Positions 54,608 through 64,000 of a stretch of DNA of 64,000 nt are shown in pieces. The first letter of the stretch is position 1; each line of letters starts with the position of its first letter. The position numbers were made by a program, and so were the translations under genes. This DNA is from Blastocladiella emersonii ATCC 22665 (lineage: Eukaryota > Fungi > Blastocladiomycota): NCBI GenBank assembly GCA_025594325.1, contig JANHCV010000011.1, forward strand, positions 868,001-932,000. Direction: 5' to 3'. Below the pieces are notes generated by a model that was not told where the DNA came from, made no database searches, and saw only the letters and a list, made by a program, of their open reading frames with translations.

Positions 54608-55752
54608 TCACTGCCCCACCGCAAGATGCGTCCGCGCGAGCCGCTCGAGCAGCGCCGTGAACTGGAACGCCGCCGCCTTCTTGCTGCTGCTGCTGCTCGC
54701 CCGCTTCGCGCCGCCGGCGCGTATTGGCTTTGATGATGTCGCGCACTTTCCTCCGCCACTGCCGCTGCCGAGAGTGCAGATAGACCGCATGCGGCGCGCC
54801 ACGATCTCGGAGCACGCGATCCGCGGCCGTTTCGCGGGCGGCGGCGACATGGACGGGAGCTGCGGCGACTCGATGTCGAGGAGGCAGGACGGGGGTGTGG
54901 GCATCGTGCGCCGCTTGAGCGTCGCTGCGACCGTGGCCGACGTCGGCGCCGCGACGGGAACGGGCACCGGGACGGCGGCCTCAGCGAACGCGAGCGGACC
55001 GCCCTCATGGTAAACTTCCGCGGCGCGCGCGTTCCTTGGCGCAAAGTCAAACGCGAGGATCGCCTCGTGCTCGACCTGCATCTCCGCGGCCCTCGCGCGG
55101 ACCGCGTTGTGCACGTGCGCGACGAGCGTCGCCGACCAGCTCGCGAACACGGCGGGCGGGACGTACAGCTCGAACGCGATACCCGCGAGGAACATGCGCT
55201 CGAGCCTCGTCACCTCGGCCGCGGGCAGGCTCGCGACGCGCGCCCACCCGCGGTTGCTGAACACCGAGTCCTGCAGGTACTTGGCGGCCGTGACGAGGGA
55301 CGCGAGGAACAGGCGGCGCGAGCACGACGCGAGCGGGGAGGGAGACCCAGAGGACATGGCGCGGAACCGGAACAGGTAGAAGAGCGCGAGCTGCAGCGTC
55401 GAAAAGGACGCGCGCGACCGGCGCAGCAGCTCGGCGATGAATCCGGCCAGCGGGATCGCGGCCGTTGGCGGCGCTGGGAGAACCGTGTCGATGACGTCGG
55501 CGGCGGTGACTGGATGAGGGGAGGGGGGATGGGTGAGATCAAGGCGGTGACCACGCGGGTACCAGAGCGCGTACCGACGAGGGCGCGGACAAAGTCGTGC
55601 CGCTGGAGCGTCTGCTCGGCGACGGCGAGCGGAGCCGCTGCAACGGCCGCGGCCGCCGTCGACGCGACGTGCGCGTGCGCGAGTGGCTGCTGGTCGACGA
55701 CGACAGCGCGCGCCGCCGAGTGGTGGAGGAGGTGGTGGATCCGGTTGGGCAT
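54608..55752 (-). CDS. Pho85-type (PCL-like) cyclin, about 359 aa; exons 55575-55752 and 54608-55509
   Basis: Cyclin box FIAELLRRSRASFSTLQLALFYL..RRLFLASLVTAAKYLQDSVFSNRGWA..EVTRLERMFL; 65-nt intron 55510-55574. Confidence 0.88.
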
Positions 55753-56765
55753 GGTGTAGGTCTGTGTGCAAGGGTAGGATGGTTGCTTAGGGGGAGAGCA
55801 AGCACCCGCGCTGGGACGTCGGAGGTACAAGTAGCCCGCCGCCGCCTCGCCCCGCTCGCCTCGCGAGCCGCACGCTCGCCGTAAGGTTCGGTGCGGGTCC
55901 CCTGCCACGAGTAGATCGTGAGCGCCTCGATCGCGGGCGTGCGGGCGCAAGGGTAGTCGAACGGTCGGCGCAGCGCCGCCGGCAATCGAGGTGGCATACG
56001 CGGCAAACGGCGAGGGCAGGGACCGAAACACGATCGATGCCGCGCGAGCCCCGGTGCCAAGCGCACGGGTGCGCCAGCAAGTGCGGCGCGGCGGCGGGGA
56101 TCGAGCCGCCGTGGTTCAGAGCGCCGGCGCCTGCGCGCGCCTCGGTGCGCGGCGGGCGTGATCGGGATCTAAACGTCCAGGCGCCGTACAATAGAGTTTT
56201 GCGGGATTTCTGGTGGTCCAGGGCGGGCTCGGCGGTGGGCGCGAGTGTGGAGTGCGTGACCCGCCCTGGATTCCGGGGTCGCGCGCAGTGCGTCACGGCG
56301 CGTCAGGGTGGCGTGGCGTGGCGTCACGCGGTATGATCGGGGGGTCGCGGCCGATTTATTTTGGGCAGGGCGCGCTCTACGCTACGCCGACGTGCTGTGG
56401 TGAGGGATTTCTTTAACGTTTTCGAGGTCCTGGCTCGCGTCAGTTTTACGTGCGCGCGTCACCATGGGAAGCTGAACAACCAACTCACCGCGCCGCCAGG
56501 CGGATCACTAACAACAGTTCAAGTGCACACACGGCCGTGTGGTCGGCCGCGAGACGCGTTCCGCCACTCATGCATGTGGACGCGAGGACCAAGATGCTGC
56601 TGCTGCAAGTAAACGGAGTATAATGGTCAAAGGATGATGATGATGCTGCAGGCCCCCAAGTCCCCCATAATTACAGAAGCGGAAGCCCAGTTACATGCGG
56701 ATGTGTGTGTGCTACGCGGGACACCCTGCCCCGCCGCCGCCCGCCCTCGTACCCGACCCACAGCC

Positions 56766-58608
56766 TTAGTGGTCGAGGATGCGGAGGTTGCCCGTGACGA
56801 CCTTATCCTCGAGCAGCGACTGCGCGGGGAGGTCGATGCGGGACCCGTGGTTGGCGACGGCGATGACGGTGCCCTTGAGCGTCACGTCGGGCCCAAAGTA
56901 CACGTCGCCCGTGACCGTGAGGTGGTCGAGCTCGAGGATGCGCGGGCGGCCGCGGAACCGCGCCTGGTAGTCGGACACCTTCTTGAAGTGGTCGCCGAGC
57001 TTGACAATCGGGATGGTGCCGAACATGCGCTTGGGCGACATGACGAGCTGGCCGTGGTCGAGGTGGTACAGGTCCGACGTCACGAGGAACAGGTCCGACG
57101 TCGACTTGACGGGCAGGAACCGGGACCGGGGCACGTTGATGCCGTGCGCGCCCTTGAAGTGCTTGATGGCGGCGCCAACGGCCGTCTCGAGCTGCAGCAC
57201 CTTCTCGCCCGAGGGGAGCGTCTTGGGGTTGACGATCACGTCGAGCTGCATCTCGCGGTCCTGCAGGATGCGCTTGATGGCCTTGACCGACACCCACAGG
57301 TTGTTGGTGTTGAAGATCTTGAACTTCTTGATCGACTTGAAGTCGTCGACGTGCTCCGAGGGCACCTGCGCGAGCTCGAGCAGCCGCACGTGGCCCTCGT
57401 AGTCGATGAGCGTGCCGCCCTTGATGTCGGCCTTGGTCTTGTCCGTCACCTCCATGACGAACTCGGCGCCCGACTGCTCGAGGTGCTGCAGGATGGCCGT
57501 GTCGACCGTGGCGCCGAGGTTGTCGACGTTGGAGATGAACAGCCACTCCTTGCCCTCCTCGATGAGCTTGTCGAGCAGGCCAGAGTTCTCGAGCGACTCG
57601 AACACGTCGCCGTGGCCGGGCGGGTACCAGTTGCCCTTGCTCACGTCCTCGTCGGGGTGCTTGACCGAGGGGAGCAGCGAGTCCTTGAAGATGCGCGGGA
57701 ACTTTGACTGGTTGAAGGTGAGGATGACCACCTCGTGCGATAGGTACTTTTGCACGATGCGGTTCGTCTCCTCGTCCGTGTTGAACGAGTTCATGAGGAT
57801 GAGCGGCACCTTGACCTTGTTGGACGTGTTGAGGTACTCGATCTGGCGCACCGTCAGGTCGAGGAACGTGAGCCCGTCGCGCACCTCGATGGCCGACTTG
57901 GGCCCGACGCACCCCATGGTGGTGCCGAGCCCGCCGTTGAGCTTGAGCACCGCCAGCTTGGACAGCAGCTGCGCGTCGCGGTCCGCCGCGCTCTTGCCCA
58001 GCTTGGCGTACGGGATGATCTGCTCGGGCGCCGGCGACTTGATCTTCTCCCAGTCGCTAAACACGCGCATGCGGGGGGTCGTGTGAGCGGGCGGGCGGGC
58101 GAGACACGGTCGCCCAAGAGTCACGTACAGCGTCGCGTTGGTGGCGCGGTCGAGCAGGTAGCGGTTGAAGAGCATGAAGAAGTTGTCCATCTCGGCCTGG
58201 AAGATCTACACTCGCCAAAAGTGGGCGCGCGCGAGACCGGGGTCAGTCTCCTGTGGACGAAGCGCGTACGCGACGCGTGTCGGTGTCGTGGGAGTGTGGT
58301 CTCCGACACGGACACGCGTCCGCGCGCAGCTGTAGAGCGGCCGTACCTCGCGGCGCTCGCCGTCGGGCAGCATGTTGATGAGCTTGTTGAGCTCGGCGCT
58401 CATGGTGCGGCTGGCGACGCTCGACTTGGTCTTCTCGAACGACTAGACATCAGGGACGGGTCGCGACGCGTCAGTCTCACTCACCCTGAGCGACGGCGGC
58501 GGGTGGCGCTGGGTGCCGGGCGGCGAGCGGACGGACCTGCATCGACAGGGACCGCGTGCGGTCGTGCGACGCCGCAGCGGCGGCGGCGGCAGAGGACGTG
58601 TCGGCCAT
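56766..58608 (-). CDS. UGP1: UTP-glucose-1-phosphate uridylyltransferase (about 511 aa); exons 58537-58608, 58347-58442, 58129-58205, 56766-58056
   Basis: [66 protein letters not shown]; three canonical introns give an exact open frame. Confidence 0.98.
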
Positions 58609-59000
58609 GGTGGTGGTGGTATCAGTTGTTGATGCGTAGTAGGCGAGCCAGCGGTATGGCGCCAAGACACGGCGGGGTTGGGGGGAGAGGGAGAGAAGGG
58701 ATCGGCGGCGGCGTGGGTGGGTGGGCGGCGGCGGCGCGTGTGCTTCTTTCGCTTCGCTCGCCGCCACACGGCGTGCCACTCCCATCGATCGCTCGCAAAA
58801 AACGTGGCTATCTGCTGCACGTGCCGTGTCTCACACCTTCCGCGAGACGCGTCGCACCGGCCGCACGATACCGCGCCGGCGATCCCCAACGCTAATCTGG
58901 CGGGCTAATCAAGCCAGGAGGGCCGAGTGGGCCCACGGCCTCGCGTGCACGCGCCGATAGAGTGCGAGTTTATATTGCCATCGTCGTCGTCAACACGTTC

Positions 59001-60783
59001 TCAGAGCGACCGGTGCCGGCACACGTACCGCCCGGGCACCATCCCCGAAAAACTCCCCTTCCGCTCCACCACCTTGGCCCCGGGCGTCGCGTATCGGTGA
59101 CACCGGCGCGACTGCGCGTCGTACTCCCACACGAGGCACCGCCGTGCCGGGTCGCCGTGGCACCGTGCGCGGCACTCGTCGAGCGACGCCGCGAGCGTGC
59201 CCGCCTCGTCGCGCTCCATGGGCGCCGCCCCCGTGCGGCCCGTGTTGGCGCGCACCAGTGGCTCGCCCGGCTCGACAAACGCACGCCACACGTCCGCCAT
59301 GACCACCGGCGCGTAGTGCACCGAGTCGAGCGCCGCGGGCGCCGCGTCGGTGTCGCCGGGGAGGTACAGGTGCGGCGCCGCATCCCGCGAAGCACGCGCG
59401 AACGCTTCCGGGTGCGCCTGCACCGCCGCGTGCGCCGCGTCCTCGGCCGCGCGCATCAGCGCGACGGCGGCGGGCGACAGGTGGTGGAAGCTGGCGGGCC
59501 GCGCGCACGCGTCGTCCGGGTAGTGGAACTCGTCGGGGGTGGGCGGGACCGTGACGAACTGCGTGGTGTTGGTCGCGACGCGGTCGTTGAACAGGATCCC
59601 GGCGTCGCGCATGCACAGCGCCATGCGCACGTCGCCGACCCAGCACGTCGCGTAATTGAGGATGCACACGTCCAGGATCGCGTCGATCCGCTCCGCCGCG
59701 CCGCGGCTGATGAAGATGCCCGCCCCGCCGTGCGCGAACGTCGGCCCGTCGCCGAACCGTGTCACCCCGTCGCACCCCGCGAAGCTCGCGCCTGCGCCAA
59801 AGTAGTGCGGGTGCGACGCGTCGAGCGGAGACAGAGCGCGGTGCACGTTTTCCATGGCCAGGTACGTGTCGTCGTCGACCAGAATGTACCAGTCCGCGTC
59901 CGGGTGCTCGTCGTACAGCGCGCGCAGGCCCGGGAGGAACTTGTTGGCGTCGTTGCGCCAGCCGTCTGTGTCCTTGGTCGACACGGGCGCGACCGCCGGC
60001 GCCGGCGCCGTGTCGTGCTTGCCACCAGCAAAGTCGGGGCCGGGAGGTAGGTCGCGCGCCGCCGCGTCGCCCGCGGCCTTGAGGTCGGCTGCCGTCATCC
60101 CTTCCCCGCGCCGCTTCGCACCTACACCCAAGCGCTCGTGTCAGCACGCGTCCTGCCCTCCGTGAGACGGGTCATGTTGCCGTACCGAGCTTCCCGCGCC
60201 GCCCCTTGCCGCGGTACCGCTCGGCACCACTCAGCAGCGCCTCGCGCACCGCGTCGCTCACCACGTCGTACATGCGCAGCCCGGTCCCGCCGACATCCTC
60301 GACGTCCGCGTCGCCCAGCACCATGACGCGCTCGACGCCGCGCAGGTACGCCCCGTGGATCGCCGGGATCCGCGTCGCTGCGACACCGACGCCAGATTTC
60401 ACGCCCACGGCGTACCGCGACCACCGCGGGTCCGCGGGCGCGCGGCGCGGCGCCGGCGCGTGTGCGTGCGGGCCGGTGCTGCGGAGGTGGTGGATCGGTG
60501 GCGGGTACGCGCGCGGCGTGTCCTTGGTTACGGGTGACGGGACCACCGCGGGGTCCGCCTCGGCTGCGACGACGGCGGGACCCGCATCTTCGTGCCGGCT
60601 GTTGGGGTTGAAGAAGCGCGCGAGGAGGAACAGCGCGGCGACGACGACGGCGAGCCGGAGCGACGGGCGGCGCGGGAGGAGGCGCGACGCGAACGGCAGC
60701 GCGCCGCCAGCGCCGCCGCCGTGGACGGACGCGTGCTTGCGCAGCGGGTGGTCGAGGTAGATTTTGCGGTGCCGCGGCTCCAT
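59001..60783 (-). CDS. GT31 (Fringe/core-1-like) glycosyltransferase with possible C-terminal PAN/apple-like module (about 572 aa); exons 60186-60783 and 59001-60121
   Basis: N-terminal TM, WYILVDDDTY, HYFG, FAHGGAGIFIS, GDVRMALCM..GI; Cys pattern SLDECRARC..RCLVWEYD..RC; 64-nt intron 60122-60185. Confidence 0.88.
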
Positions 60784-61075
60784 GGTATGTGTACTTGCGG
60801 GCGTCTAGTTGGTTTTGGGGTAAAGAGAGAGGAAGGGGGCGGGGGTGGCGCGACGCGTCAAGAGGAAGTGAGGCGCGTCGCGTCACGGCCGCGAGATGTG
60901 AGACGCGTCGCGCGGGCATTTGTCTCCCGCCCGCTTCCCTCTCGCGTGCGTGTGGCCTGGGTTGCGAAAGAAGTCGATGAATTTATGAAGATAGATACGC
61001 GAGCGCAACCGAATATGTGTGCCAAAACCGAACTCGCCCTTTCCCTCCCACTCTCCTCCGGAATCACGCGCCAGA

Positions 61076-62335
61076 TCAAACGGCCACCGCTGCCGCCGCT
61101 GCTGGCGCGGGCTTCTCGACCCTGTACGGCATGACCTGGAGGTACGTGTAGCTGCACAGGACGGCGTAGACCTGGACGAGCGAAGCGACGAGCCACAGCA
61201 CGGTAAACGCGCTGCTGTAAGCGAGGGCAAACTCGCGCGGGAACGCCCACAGCATCAGGCCCGACGTGACCAGGTTCCACAGCACGTGCAGGGCCGCGGT
61301 CGCGACGTAGACGCGCCACCATGGCCGGGATTGCTACGATCGGGGAGAGGTGTGAGCGGGGGGTCGAGAGAGGGGGGTGGTGGGCGGGAGAAATGAGTAC
61401 CTTGCGAAGCGCGTGGATGCCACACGTCAGCGCGACGACCATGGCGATACACAGGATGACCGACTCGGCGATCGTCATGCCGCGGATAAAGTGCGACGAC
61501 GACGACGCGGCGGTGGTTGCGACCGCGGCCCCGTCCTTGTCTACACACGAGCCCCGCGTCAACACCGTTCTCCCCAACCCCACACAAGGACAAACGTACT
61601 ATAGAGCATGGCAAACTGCGCCGTGTCCGGAAACAGGTAGTTGATCCCGTCGACAAGCATGACCGCGTACGCGACGGCCGAGACGCACAGGTACGCGCCG
61701 AGCCCGAGGCGCAGCGGCACGCCGCACAGCAGCTTCGGCTCGAGCGCGGCCGCCCAGTTGCGGTGCGGCGCCAGGACCGCGGTCGCCGCCTGCACCTGGC
61801 GCGCGAGGGTGCGCGACGGACGGGCGTCGGGAACTGGCGGCGGCGGTGGGCCGGGGAACTTGACCTTGAACTCGCGTGCGGCCGGCGGCGCGGTGTCGTC
61901 CGTGGCCGCGGTCGCCGGGAGATGCGCCGCCGCGCTCATGGGCCCATCGGCCGACGTCGCGAACAGCCCGTCGTCGCCGGCCTTGGAGTCGTGCTGCTTG
62001 AGCGGCGGCGGCGGTCCAGGCCGCGGCGTCCGTGATCCCGTGAGGTGCTGCAGGAGGCGGCGCGGCACGCTCTTCTGCGGGCTGCGGGCGCGGCCGCCGC
62101 CGCCGGCGACGAGATCGAGGTCGGACGCGTCGCCGCCATCGCTGTCGAGGTTCACGGTCATGAAGGTCTCGGCGGCGGCCGACGCGGCGCTCGCGTTCGA
62201 CGCGTGCCGCTCGCCGCGCGACGGGAGCAGGAGTAGGCCCGGGAGCACGGCCGCGGTCGCCGAGGGGGTCAGCGGGCCGAGGCGGATGGGCGCGTCGTCG
62301 GTTGCGGTTGCGGTCGCGGGTGCAGTCGATGCCAT
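61076..62335 (-). CDS. Four-TM membrane protein with long disordered N-terminus (about 377 aa); exons 61600-62335, 61401-61540, 61076-61333
   Basis: Introns 61541-61599 and 61334-61400 give one open frame with four hydrophobic helices starting at LCGVPLRLG. Confidence 0.75.
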
Positions 62336-62663
62336 TGCAATTGATCGCTGGTCTTGAGGGAGAGAAGCGGGGGGAGGGAGGCTCGGATGTGACGAGGGCA
62401 GGGCAACGCGCGGCGCTGTCTCCCCGCACCGTCTCCCACAACGCGGCGACCTGCAGCGGTCAGCTGACCGGTCGCTCGTTCGCTCGCCTCGCCGCTTCCC
62501 CGCCCCGCCTTTTCGCCTCGGCGGCTCCACTCTCTCGCCCGCTCTCACACCCATGCATACCCCGGCCGCAACGCCGCCCACACACCCCATGTAACTTGCC
62601 GCACCGCCGCCCACCGCCTGGCCGACCCCCTACGACACCCGCGATCTCTTCTTGTCACCACCA

Positions 62664-64000
62664 ATGAGCCTCGGCATCCACTCGAGTCCCGCCGCGGCCG
62701 CTGCCAGCGCGCTCGCTGCCGGTGCTGCTGCTGATGGTGCCGGTAGTGCTGCGCCGCCACCACCACCGACGCTCTCGCTCCCGCCGCTCTCCAACGCGAG
62801 CTCGTCGTCGTCCACGTCAACGGCAGCGGCCTCGCCCAACCCGTCCGTCATCGCCGTCGATACCTCGCCCATCCCGTCGTCGCTCGCGTCGCCAAGTCCC
62901 GCGGGTGTGCTCGACGCGGGTGGGGGAGGCAACGCGTCGTCTTCGTCGTCGTCCGAAGATGAAAATGAAAGCGACGGGCCCGCCGGGAACAACACCGGGT
63001 TCGCCGGCTTCTCGTTCGCCAACATCGACCTCGACCAGCTCGAAGCCTACGAGGCCCAGCTCGGCCTCTACTCGCCGTCCGACGGACCCACCTCTTCCGC
63101 GTCCGAGTACGAGACGGGTGCCAGTTCGAGCGAGGAGGAGGACAACGGCCACGTTGCGCTGTCGACCGGCGCGTTTGGGATCCTCGGCATGCTCGCGGGC
63201 AGCGACGGGTCCGGCAGCGACGCGACCGGGTCCGAATTCGGGACCGAGTCGGAGGAGCACGCGTCGGACTACGACGACCCCGACGCGTACTGGCCGTACC
63301 CCGACGACGACGACATGGACCAGGACACCATCGACGACGACGGCGGGCCCGCGACGCACCCGCTCGCGAGCATCCCGATCCCGCTCGCCCCCATCGGCCC
63401 GTCGTTCCTCGAGCTCGCCGCGACCGCGGCCCCACTACCCTCCACACCAACCCAACCGCCGCCCGCCGCCGTTGCGCCGTCGCCGCTCGGCGCCTTCCCG
63501 CTCCCGACCACCCCGCAGGTCCCCGCGCCCTCGCCGTTCCTCCTCAGCCACCAGAACCCCGTCGCGCCCGCGTCGTTTGGCCTCTCGATCATGGAGACCG
63601 ACGAGTGGGCGACCGCGAGCGACGCGGGCGGCGACGGGGATGACGAGGACGACGACGACGAGTTTGACCACTCGTACATGATCGGCGACATGGGCGTGCT
63701 CGACGACGGGACCGACGACGTCGAGCTCGCCACGCCGGGCATTGCGGCGTCCGCGTCGCATCAGTCGTTGCCGAGCGATGTACGTTTTTGGAGTGTACCG
63801 CGTGGGGATCGGATGGCTGACGCGGTCGCGTGTATGTTAGCCAACCGAGGTCACCTACGAGGACCACTGCCACGGCGTCGACATCCAGGGCATCGACTGG
63901 CCGTCGCTCCCCGTGTCGCGCGACCACTACCGCCAGACCCGCAACCACGACTACACGCCCTTCCGCAACACGACCGACACGTTCATTGCCGTGGTGCGTT
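62664..64000 (+). CDS. 5' part of a probable WD40-repeat protein (S. pombe C2A9.03-like), runs off the window; intron 63780-63840
   Basis: Acidic disordered exon 1; exon 2 encodes GVDIQGIDW..VSRDHYRQTR..Y..F.N, which I recognise as the G.DIQGIPW..R..YR..R..Y motif of that family. WD repeats not yet reached. Confidence 0.65.
   Translation, partial: MSLGIHSSPAAAAASALAAGAAADGAGSAAPPPPPTLSLPPLSNASSSSSTSTAAASPNPSVIAVDTSPIPSSLASPSPAGVLDAGGGGNASSSSSSEDENESDGPAGNNTGFAGFSFANIDLDQLEAYEAQLGLYSPSDGPTSSASEYETGASSSEEEDNGHVALSTGAFGILGMLAGSDGSGSDATGSEFGTESEEHASDYDDPDAYWPYPDDDDMDQDTIDDDGGPATHPLASIPIPLAPIGPSFLELAATAAPLPSTPTQPPPAAVAPSPLGAFPLPTTPQVPAPSPFLLSHQNPVAPASFGLSIMETDEWATASDAGGDGDDEDDDDEFDHSYMIGDMGVLDDGTDDVELATPGIAASASHQSLPSDVRFWSVPRGDRMADAVACMLANRGHLRGPLPRRRHPGHRLAVAPRVARPLPPDPQPRLHALPQHDRHVHCRGA

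Noticed and set aside
3263-58346. Excess of in-frame (3n) introns
   Set aside because: 6 of 18 inferred introns are 3n, as expected by chance, and stop-free frames are common in GC-rich introns.
1-64000. tRNA, rRNA or other structured RNA genes
   Set aside because: None recognised by eye; a covariance-model scan (tRNAscan-SE, Infernal/Rfam) would be needed to exclude small ones.

Overview
GC-rich eukaryotic genomic DNA with compact genes, very high GC3 and short (mostly 59-73 nt) GT..CTRAC/CTAAC..YAG introns. Gene content (sestrin, DUF707, DUF5092-like, BRR2, ILV1, UGP1) suggests an early-diverging zoosporic fungus, plausibly Blastocladiomycota (inference only). Left to right: unidentified decayed sequence; a DH-PH RhoGEF; a tandem triplet of ~1100-1200 aa proteins with a SNF2/RAD5-like helicase fold lacking recognisable Walker A/B motifs (copy 1 intact, copy 2 with one in-frame TAG, copy 3 with one 1-nt deletion); BRR2; a 4.39-kb CMC/EnSpm-like DNA transposon (CAC-starting imperfect TIRs, CA 2-bp TSD, arrays of paired CAGCTG, truncated transposase-like gene, second ORF, spliced apparently non-coding segment); a secreted Ser/Thr-tailed protein; a decayed copy of the 3' end of the SLC26 gene; a DUF707 protein; sestrin; a low-complexity ORF; a DUF5092-like protein; the inverted paralog of the secreted protein; an SLC26/SulP transporter; ILV1; a Pho85-type cyclin; UGP1; a GT31 glycosyltransferase; a 4-TM protein; and the start of a probable WD40 gene. 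All family assignments are motif recognition by eye and from memory, not database searches.
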